From a virus (taxonomy: Duplodnaviria > Caudoviricetes), in IMG/VR virus record IMGVR_UViG_3300037789_000017, positions 1 to 30,414 of that record: 30,414 bases of DNA, one strand, 5' to 3'. Shown in pieces: positions 21,356-30,414 of this stretch (the first letter of the stretch is position 1; each line of letters opens with the position of its first letter). The notes beneath the pieces are model-generated. The model saw only the letters and a program-made list of their open reading frames with translations, was not told where the DNA came from and searched no databases. The position numbers and the translations under genes are program-made.

Positions 21356-23001
21356 CAGAAGAGTCGTCCGAGTTCGTAGGGAAGGAGCCATGCCCTGCGT
21401 GTGGCTCCCGCGACAACCTCGCCCGTTACTCGGACGGCCATGCTTTCTGCTTCGGCTGTGAGCACAGAGAGCCGCCGACTGATGGGTATGTCCCAACTGA
21501 AACCAAGAGGAGCAGCTTCGTGTCAGCAGACCTGATCGACGACGCGGAGGTCAAGCCTCTGCCTAAGCGCAGGATCACCGAAGAGACGTGCCGCCGGTAC
21601 GGCTACAAGTTCGGCAAGTACAGCGGCAAGCCCGCCCACATTGCAGACTACCGCGACCAGCAGGGGCACGTCACATCACAGCACATCCGCCTCAAGGGCA
21701 AGGACTTCCCGTGGATCAACCACAAGAAGGACCTGCAGCTCTTCGGCCAGCATGTGGTCCGCGACAACCCGCCTAAGCTCATCGTCACTGAGGGTGAGCT
21801 GGACGCCATGTCCGTCTACGAGGTGATCAGTGGTGGGCGCAACAGGTGGGGTGCAGTCTCCATCAGCAGCGGTGCGAAGAACGCACACCGAGACATCAGC
21901 GCCAACCTGCAGTGGCTCGAGCGGGCAGAGGAAGTGATCCTCATGTTCGACAACGACGAGGCTGGGAAGGAAGCTGCAGAAGCTTGTGCCCGTCTCTTCC
22001 GTCCCGGCAAGTGCAAGATCGCAAGCCTCCCTCTCAAGGACGCAAGCGAAATGCTCGTCGCAGGTCGCGGACCGGAGATCATCGACGCGATCTTTGAAGC
22101 CAAGAGCTGGCGACCGGAAGGCGTCGTCCGTCTGAGCGACATCAAGGACGAGGTCATGGTTGACCCTGTGCGTGGTCTTCCGTGGTTCCACAAGGACCTC
22201 GACGATGCTGTCCTCGGGCGTCGCTACGGTGAGCTTGATGCTCTCGGGGCTGGCACGGGTGTTGGTAAGACCGACATCCTCACGCAGCAGATCGCCTTCG
22301 ACATCACCGAGCTGAACCAGAAGGTCGGCCTGTTCTTCCTCGAGCAGCAGCCGACAGAGACAGCACGGCGTGTTGCAGGCAAGGTCGCTGGCCGTAGGTT
22401 CCATGTGCCCGCCGGGGAGGGCAACCCGTGGGAGACAGCGGAGCTGATCGAGACCATCGAGAAGCTGGACGGGAGCGACAACCTGTTCATGTACGACCAC
22501 TTCGGTTCGGCTGACTACGAGCTGATCGAGGAGACCATCCGGTTCATGTACCACTACTCGGGTGTGCGTCTGTTCTACATCGACCACCTGACAGCTCTGG
22601 CCTCACAAGAGGAAGACGAACGGAAGGCTCTCGAGAAGATCATGGCCCGCCTCGGCGGTCTGGTCAAAGAGCTGGACATCTGGGTCTGCATCGTCTCGCA
22701 CCTGACCACCCCCGACATGGGTAAATCCCACGAGGAAGGTGGGCGTGTCACCATTCGCCAGTTCAAAGGCAGCCGAGCCATCGGCTTCTGGTGTCACCAC
22801 ATGTTCGGCCTCGAGCGTGACCAGCAGGCTGAAGATGAAGACGAACGCTCCACCACCACATTCCGCGTCCTCAAGGACCGCGTGACTGGTCAGGCCACAG
22901 GCAAGACCTTCAAGCTCGGGTACGATCCAGTGTCCGGTCTTGTCTACCCAATCGAGAACTCAGGCTTCGGACCCGTCGAGGACGGAAGCCCAATCTTCTG
23001 A
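21352..23001 (+). CDS. DNA primase/helicase (T7 gp4-like)
   Basis: Zn finger CPACGSRD...CFGC, TOPRIM 'TEGELDA'/'MFDND', Walker A GAGTGVGKT, 'IDHL'. Confidence 0.97.
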   Translation: MTEESSEFVGKEPCPACGSRDNLARYSDGHAFCFGCEHREPPTDGYVPTETKRSSFVSADLIDDAEVKPLPKRRITEETCRRYGYKFGKYSGKPAHIADYRDQQGHVTSQHIRLKGKDFPWINHKKDLQLFGQHVVRDNPPKLIVTEGELDAMSVYEVISGGRNRWGAVSISSGAKNAHRDISANLQWLERAEEVILMFDNDEAGKEAAEACARLFRPGKCKIASLPLKDASEMLVAGRGPEIIDAIFEAKSWRPEGVVRLSDIKDEVMVDPVRGLPWFHKDLDDAVLGRRYGELDALGAGTGVGKTDILTQQIAFDITELNQKVGLFFLEQQPTETARRVAGKVAGRRFHVPAGEGNPWETAELIETIEKLDGSDNLFMYDHFGSADYELIEETIRFMYHYSGVRLFYIDHLTALASQEEDERKALEKIMARLGGLVKELDIWVCIVSHLTTPDMGKSHEEGGRVTIRQFKGSRAIGFWCHHMFGLERDQQAEDEDERSTTTFRVLKDRVTGQATGKTFKLGYDPVSGLVYPIENSGFGPVEDGSPIF

Positions 23002-23016
23002 CAAGGAACTCACATC

Positions 23017-23505
23017 ATGAAGAAACTGTTCGCGGCCCTGTTGGGGCTGTCTCTCACTGTGTCTGCAGCTCTGGCCTATGAGCCGACTGATGACCTGCGT
23101 GTCGTCGAAGGCATGGGCGGTGGTCCCATGCAGTGGGGCTACGATGAAGCCGAGCGCTATTGGCGTGACGGCGTTCCGATCCGGTTGGAGGGTGACTACG
23201 TCAGTGCCGGTACGTTCCTCCTGTGGAGCGTCGAGCAGCTTCCGGGTTCGTGTATTGCGCCTGATGCAACCTTCAACTTCCACGAGCCGCAGACAGCTCT
23301 GGCCGCGTTCGTCTTCTGCGCCCCTTTTGGGATGAACAACCCGAACCGGGCCGACGCTCTCGAAAGCATCACCCGTCCGTACAACGACGCGCTCACTGCG
23401 TGGTTCATGCGTGAAGTCGCAGGCGACAGCGCTGAGTGTACGTACACCCGGCTGACCGGCGAAGAGGTCGCACAGGCCTTTGGCTACCCCCTCTGCTCTG
23501 ACTGA
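23017..23505 (+). CDS. Secreted/periplasmic protein, possible ClpP/crotonase-like fold
   Basis: Signal peptide MKKLFAALLGLSLTVSAALA; 'GG...IRLEGDYVSAGTFLL...CIAPDATFNFH' pattern. Confidence 0.65.
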   Translation: MKKLFAALLGLSLTVSAALAYEPTDDLRVVEGMGGGPMQWGYDEAERYWRDGVPIRLEGDYVSAGTFLLWSVEQLPGSCIAPDATFNFHEPQTALAAFVFCAPFGMNNPNRADALESITRPYNDALTAWFMREVAGDSAECTYTRLTGEEVAQAFGYPLCSD

Positions 23506-23538
23506 CCCTCAACCTCAGCTACTCGAAAGGAGGCAGAC

Positions 23539-25452
23539 ATGCGTCTGGCCTTTGACATCGAGTCTGACGGTCTCATCCCTGAAATGACAGTCATCCATTC
23601 CCTCGTGTTGGTTGACGTTGAAACAGGCCGGGGCTGGTCCTGCACGGATCACCCCGGTTACGTGTCACCGCTTGGCTACGAGGTCCTCCCCATCGACGAG
23701 GGCCTACGTATGCTGATGGAAGCTGACGAGATCATCGGACACAACATCATCAAGTTCGACATCCCTGCGATCCGTAAGGTGAAGCCGTGGTTCAACGTGA
23801 CCCGCTGGCAGGTGAACGACACCTTGATCAACTCCCGCCTGATCTGGCCGGAGCTACGCGAGAACGACTGGCGCTTGAAGCGTCGGATGCCTGACTTCCC
23901 CGGCTACCTTATGGGCAGCCACGGGCTTGAAGCATGGGGCTTACGGCTAGGCGAATGGAAGGGTGACTACTCCAAAGAGATGAAGGCGAAGGGTCTTGAT
24001 CCTTGGGCCAACTGGAACGTCGAGATGCAGGAGTACTGTGAACAGGACGTCACGGTCACCATCAAGTTCCTCGAGCTGATCGAGAGCAAGAACTACTCGG
24101 CTCGTGCCATCGAGATCGAACGGGACTTCGCTTGGATACTCGCCGAGATGGAGCGTAATGGCTTCCCACTCGACTTGGACAAGGCCGGTGCCCTGCAGCA
24201 GCGCCTGATGCGCCGCCGCGCCGAGCTTCACGCTGACCTCATGGAGGCCTTCCCTCCGATCACGGACACGTGGAAGTTCACGCCAAAGGTCAACAACAAG
24301 AAGCTTGGCTACAAGAAGGGTGTGACCATCACCAAGACTGCAGAGGTTGTGTTCAACCCCGGCAGCCGGGATCACATCGCCCGCTGGCTCAAGCAGAAGT
24401 ATGGCTGGAAGCCAAGCGAGTACACCGACGGTGGCAAGCCGAAGATCGACGAGCGTGTTCTCAAGAAGCTCAAGTATCCTGAGGCCCAGCTCCTCGCCGA
24501 GTACTTCCTCGTGGACAAGCGTCTGTCCATGCTTGAAGGACGCGGCGGCAAGGGACTGATCCCGTACGCCAAGAAGGGCAAAGGGGTCATCCACGGCAGC
24601 GTCACGACCAATGGTGCTGTGACCCGGCGCTGTACCCACAGCTCTCCCAACATGGCGCAGCTCCCTGCTGTCAACGTCCCGTATGGGCGTGAGTTCCGTG
24701 AGCTGATGTATGCACCCGATGGCTGGAGCCTGCTCGGGTGGGACGCATCCGGTCTCGAGCTGCGGTGCTTCGCTCACTACATGGCCCGTTACGACGGTGG
24801 CAAGTACACGACCACGGTTCTATCCGGTGACATCCACTGGGTTCACGCGCAGGCCCTCGGGCTTGTGGAGGAAGGGACCGAGTACGACGAGCACGACGAC
24901 CACCACAACCACTCGCGGAACAAGATCGCCAAGCGCTTCATCTACGCCTACCTCTACGGCGCAGGTGCAGAGCTGATCGGTGAGATCGTCAAGCCGCAGG
25001 GTTCGTCCGCCGAGAAGAAGAAGGCAGGGCGCAAGCTCATCAACGAGTTTCTCAAGCGCACACCTGCACTGAAGCGTCTCAAGGAAGACCTGAAGAAGGC
25101 TATCGAGAAGCGTGACATGCACGTCATGGGGATCGACGGAGGCCTGCTCAAGGTGCGTTCGGAGCATTCCGCTCTCAACACACTGCTGCAGTCAGCCGGT
25201 GCCATCGCAGTGAAGCTGGCGACCATCATGTTCTACGACCGGATGGTGGCTGATGGTCTCGTCTCTGGCGAGGACTTCATGCTCGTAGCCCACGTTCACG
25301 ATGAGGTCCAGACCTTGGTGAAGAAGGGTCTCGAGCAACGCGTCGGCGAACATGCTGTCGCTGCCATGAGAGAAGCCGGGGATGCCCTCGGGTTCCTCTG
25401 TCCCCTCGATGGGGAGTTCAAGTTCGGTGCCAACTGGGCCGAAACCCACTGA
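23539..25452 (+). CDS. DNA polymerase family A (T7 gp5-like)
   Basis: Exo I 'FDIESDG', Exo II 'HNIIKFD', Exo III 'YCEQD'; pol motifs 'DASGLELR', 'AKRFIYAYLYG', 'HDEVQ'. Confidence 0.97.
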   Translation: MRLAFDIESDGLIPEMTVIHSLVLVDVETGRGWSCTDHPGYVSPLGYEVLPIDEGLRMLMEADEIIGHNIIKFDIPAIRKVKPWFNVTRWQVNDTLINSRLIWPELRENDWRLKRRMPDFPGYLMGSHGLEAWGLRLGEWKGDYSKEMKAKGLDPWANWNVEMQEYCEQDVTVTIKFLELIESKNYSARAIEIERDFAWILAEMERNGFPLDLDKAGALQQRLMRRRAELHADLMEAFPPITDTWKFTPKVNNKKLGYKKGVTITKTAEVVFNPGSRDHIARWLKQKYGWKPSEYTDGGKPKIDERVLKKLKYPEAQLLAEYFLVDKRLSMLEGRGGKGLIPYAKKGKGVIHGSVTTNGAVTRRCTHSSPNMAQLPAVNVPYGREFRELMYAPDGWSLLGWDASGLELRCFAHYMARYDGGKYTTTVLSGDIHWVHAQALGLVEEGTEYDEHDDHHNHSRNKIAKRFIYAYLYGAGAELIGEIVKPQGSSAEKKKAGRKLINEFLKRTPALKRLKEDLKKAIEKRDMHVMGIDGGLLKVRSEHSALNTLLQSAGAIAVKLATIMFYDRMVADGLVSGEDFMLVAHVHDEVQTLVKKGLEQRVGEHAVAAMREAGDALGFLCPLDGEFKFGANWAETH

Positions 25453-25475
25453 TCAATCTGAAAGGAAATCGTCGC

Positions 25476-26165
25476 ATGATCGACGTTGAATACCTGCGCC
25501 ACTCAGGCGACGACCTTGCTATCGTGAATGCTGCCCGCGTCAGCTTCGATGCTGAGAGCGAGTGGGATTACCAGCACGACATTGGCCTTCCTCCTCTGGC
25601 GTACATGCACGAGCGTGACGTCAAGCTCATCAACTACCTCGCCAAGCACAAGCACAAGTCCCCCTTCAACCACGCCTTCGTTTCCTTCCGGGTAACGGCC
25701 CCGATCTTCGTGGCCCGCCAGCTCGTGAAGCACGAGTACCTGCCGTGGAACGAGGTGAGTCGTCGCTATGTCGAGGGTGAGCTGGAGTTCTACTGGCCGG
25801 AGCAGGATGACTGGCGCAGTCAACCAGAGAACGTGAAGCAAGGCAGTGGGGACATGATCGGTCGCCACGAGATGGAAGAGATCGAGAAGCGCTATCGTCG
25901 TGTCCTCGACCACGCACAGGACGCCTACAACTACGCAATCGCTGTCGGCCTCTCCCGTGAGCAGGCCCGCATGTTCCTGCCTCAGTCTCTCATGACCACG
26001 TGGATTTGGTCTGGGTCTGTCTACGCCTTCGCCAAGATGTGTCAGCTCCGGTTGGACAGCCATGCGCAGAAGGAAAGCCAGTACGTGGCCAAGCCCATCG
26101 CCGACACCCTTCACGCCTTGTTCCCCGTGAGCATGGCAGCCCTCGAAAAACATGGAGCCAACTGA
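25476..26165 (+). CDS. thyX: Flavin-dependent thymidylate synthase
   Basis: 'VNAARVSF', 'HKSPF', 'PIFVARQLVKH...NEVSRRY', 'EQARMFLP', 'LRLDSHAQKE'. Confidence 0.93.
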   Translation: MIDVEYLRHSGDDLAIVNAARVSFDAESEWDYQHDIGLPPLAYMHERDVKLINYLAKHKHKSPFNHAFVSFRVTAPIFVARQLVKHEYLPWNEVSRRYVEGELEFYWPEQDDWRSQPENVKQGSGDMIGRHEMEEIEKRYRRVLDHAQDAYNYAIAVGLSREQARMFLPQSLMTTWIWSGSVYAFAKMCQLRLDSHAQKESQYVAKPIADTLHALFPVSMAALEKHGAN

Positions 26166-26365
26166 TGCTGAACGAAGCTCATAATGAAGACAACTGGCTG
26201 CAAGACGACGACCGCCTGAGCCTTCGGTTTGCTGATGTGAAGGTGCTTCGTCGGGACAGCCATTTCCTCGCGTGTCTCAATGAGGCTGGAGTAACTGGCT
26301 GGGAAGGTTACGAACAAGCCATAGAACTCGCCGACGCGGACCCGCTGCCCCCGGAGTATTACTGA
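26165..26365 (+). CDS. Hypothetical phage protein (66 aa)
   Basis: TGATG coupling at both ends; 'LACLNEAGVTGWEGY' motif. Confidence 0.7.
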   Translation: MLNEAHNEDNWLQDDDRLSLRFADVKVLRRDSHFLACLNEAGVTGWEGYEQAIELADADPLPPEYY

Positions 26366-27111
26366 TGGCCAAACCCACTCTGCTGATCGACGCAGACGTG
26401 GTCGCCTTCCAGTGCGCTGCCGCATGTGAAACGGCTCTCGAGTGGGAGCCGGGTCACTGGACGTGGAACGTCAACTTCACCGAAGTGACCAACGCTGTCC
26501 TCGCTCAGATCGAGCGGATGATGGACGCACTGGATGGGCACGACTACAAGCTCTGCCTCACTGACCCCAAGCACAACTTCCGCTTGGACGTCCTGCCTAC
26601 CTACAAGACCCACCGCAAGACGGTGAAGAAACCGCTGGTCCTCCTCGCTGTGAAGCAGTGGATGATCGACGAGCTGGGCGGCATCATGCGCCCCGGCCTC
26701 GAGGGTGACGATGTCATGGGCATCTTCGCCACGTACCCTTCGAAGCGTGACAAGATCATCGTGTCCATCGACAAGGACATGAAGACGATCCCATGCACCT
26801 ACGTGAAGGACATATCCGAAGCTCCTGTCGAGATCACCGAAGACGAAGCTGATTGGTATCACCTGTACCAGACGCTGATGGGTGACGTCACCGATGGGTA
26901 CAAAGGATGTCCTCAGGTGGGAGCCAAGCGGGCGGCTGAGATCATCGAATTGGGTGCCACCATTGCAGACAACTGGGCTGCTGTGGTCGAGACGTACGCG
27001 TCCAAAGGCCTCGGTGAAGAGGAAGCTCTGCGGCAAGCCCGCGTGGCCCGTATCCTCCGCGCCTCTGACTATGACTTCAAGAAGAAGGAACCCATCCTAT
27101 GGACACCATGA
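26365..27111 (+). CDS. 5'-3' exonuclease (T7 gp6-like)
   Basis: 'LLIDAD', 'NFR...PTYK', 'LEGDDVMG', 'SIDKD', 'GDVTDGYKGCP'. Confidence 0.95.
   Translation: MAKPTLLIDADVVAFQCAAACETALEWEPGHWTWNVNFTEVTNAVLAQIERMMDALDGHDYKLCLTDPKHNFRLDVLPTYKTHRKTVKKPLVLLAVKQWMIDELGGIMRPGLEGDDVMGIFATYPSKRDKIIVSIDKDMKTIPCTYVKDISEAPVEITEDEADWYHLYQTLMGDVTDGYKGCPQVGAKRAAEIIELGATIADNWAAVVETYASKGLGEEEALRQARVARILRASDYDFKKKEPILWTP
26950..26967 (+). promoter_or_regulatory. Putative phage RNAP promoter within the exonuclease gene
   Basis: TTGGGTGCCACCATTGCA. Confidence 0.6.
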
Positions 27112-27524
27112 AGAAGGTCCGCTGCGTTGAACCGCACCAGAGCAGGCTGACCGAGGGTATGGAGTACCAAGTTATCAGAGAGGATGAGAGGTTCTACTAC
27201 CTCCGTTGTGATGACAGGAATGACAACACCAGAGGGTGGTCCAAGGGCCGCTTCGAAGTTGTGGCCGAGGATGGGTTTTCAGGGGAATCAACACCAGTCT
27301 CCTCCGATGGTGGCTCCAGCTCCTACTACGACCTCCCCGTGGACGCCACTGAGCTGAACGATCTGATCGAAGCCAAAGGTATGTCCTTCGCCCGCGCCAA
27401 CATCTTCAAGGCCTGCTTCCGCATGGGTGAGAAGGCAGGGACCGACACCATCTACGACATCAACAAGATCATCTACTTCGCCGAGCGTATGCGTGGGATG
27501 GTTGAGAAAGGACACAAGGTATGA
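27099..27524 (+). CDS. DUF3310-like / T7 gp1.7-like putative nucleotide kinase domain protein
   Basis: C-terminal 'SYY...DLIE...FARANIFKACFRMGEK...YDINKIIYF'. Confidence 0.6.
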   Translation: MDTMKKVRCVEPHQSRLTEGMEYQVIREDERFYYLRCDDRNDNTRGWSKGRFEVVAEDGFSGESTPVSSDGGSSSYYDLPVDATELNDLIEAKGMSFARANIFKACFRMGEKAGTDTIYDINKIIYFAERMRGMVEKGHKV

Positions 27525-28006
27525 ACGCCTTTGCTGAACTGAAAGAATCCCCCGTAACGCCCATGGTCGCCGAGTTCATCCGCGCTTTCTCTGGCTCAAT
27601 CGACGCCCGCCTGTGGGTGAAGCTTGTGGAAGAGGAGCGTGCCGAGTTGATCGAAGCCGTTGCCGAAGGCCACGATGAAGAGGCAACCCTCAAAGAACTG
27701 GCCGATCTGGTCTACGTGACCTACGGCCTCGCTCTGGTCTCGCCCATTGCTGGCCCGCTGGTCATACCCGAAGAGGAGGTAGAAGCGATCCTCGCACTGT
27801 GCGGAGATTGCAGTGGCCTCATGGGAGACGTCATGGCTGTCCACGACTGGGACGAAGACGTGGTCATGGAGGCTGTCGGTCGTGTCCACGCCTCGAACAT
27901 GTCGAAGCTCGGGGACGATGGTAAGCCGATCAAGCGTGAGGACGGTAAGGTCCTCAAGGGACCCAACTACACCCCGCCCGACCTGTCCGATCTGGTCGCG
28001 GCCTGA
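27521..28006 (+). CDS. MazG-like (PRA-PH family) NTP pyrophosphohydrolase
   Basis: 'LVEEERAEL', 'KELADLVYV', 'VHASNMSK', 'DGKVLKGPNY'. Confidence 0.88.
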   Translation: MNAFAELKESPVTPMVAEFIRAFSGSIDARLWVKLVEEERAELIEAVAEGHDEEATLKELADLVYVTYGLALVSPIAGPLVIPEEEVEAILALCGDCSGLMGDVMAVHDWDEDVVMEAVGRVHASNMSKLGDDGKPIKREDGKVLKGPNYTPPDLSDLVAA

Positions 28007-28019
28007 CCAACACAAGACG

Positions 28020-28047
28020 AAGCCCTCGCTCCACGCGGGGGCTTTTT
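28020..28047 (+). terminator. Rho-independent terminator
   Basis: AAGCCCTCGC-TCCAC-GCGGGGGCTTTTT. Confidence 0.75.
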
Positions 28048-28073
28048 CGTCTGGAGAACAAGAGCAACAACAC

Positions 28074-30071
28074 ATGAACCAACCATCTACCCGTGCGACC
28101 GTGGTGACACGTCGTACGTACAACCGACCTCTGGACGAAGAAGGAACCACATTCGAGACATGGGAGCAGACAGTTGACCGCGTGATCGAGCATCAGCGGT
28201 GGCTGTGGAACCGTGCCAAAGGTTTCAACCTCAGTCAGAACTTCACCATCGAGGAGCTGGAAGAGCTGGAAGAGCTGCGTCAGCTCATGCTCGAGCGCAA
28301 GCTCTCCGTCTCTGGTCGTACCCTCTGGCTCGGCGGCACCGACGTTGCCAAGTCCCGTGAGGCCTCGCAGTTCAACTGTTCCTTCGGTCGGATCGAGACT
28401 GTCCATGATGTGGTCGATGCCTTCTGGCTGCTGCTGCAAGGCTGTGGCGTCGGCTTTGAGCCTGTCGTCGGCACCCTCAACGGTTTCGCCAACGCTGCTG
28501 AGATCGAAGTCTGGCGCTCCGAGAAGGTGATCGGTGATCCCAAAGGTCGTGAAGGCAACGAGACCGAGATCAAGACAGTAGGTGACAAACGTGTCTACCG
28601 CCTGTCCATTGGCGACAGTGCAGCCGCATGGGCTAAAGCTGCTGGCAAACTGCTGGCACTCAAGGAGCCGGTGGACAAGATCATCCTCGACTTCCGTGAA
28701 GTCCGCGCCGCAGGTATCCGCCTCAAGGGATACGGCTGGATCAGCTCCGGCGACGAGACCATCAGCAAAGCTTTCGCGGCCATCTGCGAGATCATGAACA
28801 AGCGGGCAGGGAAGCTCCTCACCCGCATCGACATCCTCGACTTGCTCAACTGGCTCGGCACCACGCTGTCCTCCCGCCGATCTGCAGAGATCGCAGTGAT
28901 GGGCGTGGACGAACCTGAGATCGACGAGTTCATCTCGGCCAAGAAGGACTTCTGGCTGTACGGGAACGAACACCGGCAGCAGTCGAACAACTCGATCCTG
29001 TTCCACCGCAAGCCGTCGAGATGGGAGCTGTCCCACATCTTCACCAAGATGGTCGAGGCCGGTGGGTCTGAACCGGGCTTCATCAACGCTGAGGCAGCCA
29101 AGGACCGTGCTCCGTGGTTCAAAGGCGTGAACCCCTGCGCTGAAATCCTTCTTGGAAACAAGAGCTTCTGCAACCTTGTTGAAGTGGACTGGGGCAAGTT
29201 CATTGACGACTTTGGCGGGCTTGAGCGGGCTACCCGTCTGGCGGCACGGGCCAACTATCGGCAGACCTGTGTCAACCTAGACGACGGTGTCTTGCAGCGT
29301 AGCTGGCACGAGCTGAACGAGTTCCTGCGCCTGTGCGGCGTCGGTCCAACAGGCATCGTGAAAGCTCTCGATGCTTGGGACCGCCCTGACCTCAAGCTCG
29401 AGCAATTGAAATGGGGAGCACAGAAGGGTGCGCACTCCATGGCCGACGAGCTGGGTCTCCCCCGAGCGAAAGCTGTCACCACAGTCAAGCCCAGCGGCAC
29501 CCTGTCGAAGATCATGGACACCACTGAAGGCGTTCACCGGCCCCTCGGTCGCTACATCTTCAACAACGTCACCTTCTCCAAGCATGACCCAATCGTCCCC
29601 AAGATGCGGGCTGCCGGGTACAAGGTGATTGAGAAGCCGTTCGAGAGCGAGAGCGTCCTTGTGACCTTCCCGGTCGCCTACGAGGATGTTGCGTTCGACG
29701 AGGTCGATGGCAAGCACGTGAACCTTGAGACCGCCGTTGAGCAGCTCGAGCGCTACAAGCTCATGATGGATCACTACGTGGATCACAACTGCAGCGTGAC
29801 CATCAGCTACGACCAGAGCGAAATCCCGGCCATCATCGACTGGATCATGGACAACTGGGACAGCTACGTCGGCGTGAGCTTCATCTACCGCAACGACCCG
29901 ACGAAGACTGCAGCCGACTTGGGCTACGCCTACCTGCCTCAGGAGGTCGTGACCAAGGAGATGTACGACGAGTACGTGCAGCGACTGTGGCCTGTAGACC
30001 TCGACGGCACCGAGAGCTTTGAGGAGATGCAGGACGAGGGCTGCGCAACTGGTGCGTGTCCCATCCGCTAA
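28074..30071 (+). CDS. nrdJ: Class II (B12-dependent) ribonucleotide reductase
   Basis: ATG 28074; 'GRTLW', 'FNCS', 'NPCAE', 'CNL', 'TTVKPSGT', C-terminal 'CATGACPIR'; no beta subunit gene nearby. Confidence 0.93.
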   Translation: MNQPSTRATVVTRRTYNRPLDEEGTTFETWEQTVDRVIEHQRWLWNRAKGFNLSQNFTIEELEELEELRQLMLERKLSVSGRTLWLGGTDVAKSREASQFNCSFGRIETVHDVVDAFWLLLQGCGVGFEPVVGTLNGFANAAEIEVWRSEKVIGDPKGREGNETEIKTVGDKRVYRLSIGDSAAAWAKAAGKLLALKEPVDKIILDFREVRAAGIRLKGYGWISSGDETISKAFAAICEIMNKRAGKLLTRIDILDLLNWLGTTLSSRRSAEIAVMGVDEPEIDEFISAKKDFWLYGNEHRQQSNNSILFHRKPSRWELSHIFTKMVEAGGSEPGFINAEAAKDRAPWFKGVNPCAEILLGNKSFCNLVEVDWGKFIDDFGGLERATRLAARANYRQTCVNLDDGVLQRSWHELNEFLRLCGVGPTGIVKALDAWDRPDLKLEQLKWGAQKGAHSMADELGLPRAKAVTTVKPSGTLSKIMDTTEGVHRPLGRYIFNNVTFSKHDPIVPKMRAAGYKVIEKPFESESVLVTFPVAYEDVAFDEVDGKHVNLETAVEQLERYKLMMDHYVDHNCSVTISYDQSEIPAIIDWIMDNWDSYVGVSFIYRNDPTKTAADLGYAYLPQEVVTKEMYDEYVQRLWPVDLDGTESFEEMQDEGCATGACPIR

Positions 30072-30098
30072 TACCTTAGGGGTGCGCCCCTTCGGATA

Positions 30099-30121
30099 GG
30101 TCGCCCTTCGGGGCGGCTTTT
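30099..30121 (+). terminator. Rho-independent terminator
   Basis: GGTCGCCC-TTCG-GGGCGGCT-TTT. Confidence 0.75.
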
Positions 30122-30148
30122 ACCTGAGGAGGAGCTTCGGCTCCCTCT

Positions 30149-30166
30149 TTAGGTTCCACCATCCCA
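30149..30166 (+). promoter_or_regulatory. Putative phage RNAP promoter (start of late genes)
   Basis: TTAGGTTCCACCATCCCA variant, at the T7 phi6.5-equivalent position. Confidence 0.6.
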
Positions 30167-30179
30167 AAGGAGAGCCACC

Positions 30180-30414
30180 ATGGCCGACATCAAATGCCCT
30201 CCGATCAGCCAGCAACTGATCAACTACCTCCGTGTGATCTTTCCCGACCGTTGTGTCGACCCACGCGAGGACGACGCTGCAATCCGCTACGGGCAGGCGT
30301 CTGTTGTCAGGCACTTGGAGGCAGTCAAGCAATCCCAAGAGGAAGACCCCTATGTGTCCACCCAAGGTGAAGACCCCACACCCCCCCGTGCCCCCCCCCC
30401 CCCCCCCCCCCCCC
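30180..30414 (+). CDS. Small protein at the T7 gp6.5 position, 3' end unresolved
   Basis: SD AAGGAG, ATG 30180, MADIKCPPISQQLINYLRVIFPD...; runs into the poly-C end. Confidence 0.6.
   Translation, partial: MADIKCPPISQQLINYLRVIFPDRCVDPREDDAAIRYGQASVVRHLEAVKQSQEEDPYVSTQGEDPTPPRAPPPPPPP
30352..30414 (+). CDS. Start of a gp6.7-like virion protein, truncated
   Basis: SD GAGGA; MCPPKVKTP resembles the MCxxPKxK start of T7 gp6.7-like proteins. Confidence 0.4.
   Translation, partial: MCPPKVKTPHPPVPPPPPPPP

Noticed and set aside
30378-30414. Poly-C run at the window end
   Set aside because: Most likely a low-quality contig end or sequencing artefact; cannot be treated as a poly-Pro tract.

Overview
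About 30 kb of a T7-like podovirus genome (Autographiviridae-type, GC-rich), all genes on the + strand and circularly permuted. Order: late genes (internal virion protein, tailspike, holin, terminases), the non-coding genome-end junction (~7340-8190), a host-promoter-driven early region, a temperate module (MarR-like regulator, tyrosine integrase, complete tRNA-Leu at the likely attP), single-subunit RNA polymerase, and the replication/nucleotide module (SSB, endonuclease I, amidase-LysM, RNA ligase, primase-helicase, DNA polymerase A, ThyX, exonuclease, MazG-like, class II RNR). An alphaproteobacterial host is inferred, not shown. The most striking signal is RNA-level control of the early operon. 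A ~370-nt ORF-poor structured leader ends in a type III hammerhead ribozyme that can also sequester the first gene's Shine-Dalgarno. A type II pseudoknotted hammerhead follows that gene, so the first early gene (a Cys-rich enzyme) would be excised as a discrete RNA with 5'-OH and 2',3'-cyclic-phosphate ends. Also seen: eight copies of a phage-promoter-like motif, five copies of an operator-like motif, and a promoter plus GCTGAAGCT repeat tract written in-frame inside the RNA polymerase gene that mirrors the right genome end. All calls are by eye from sequence motifs; no searches or folding programs were run.
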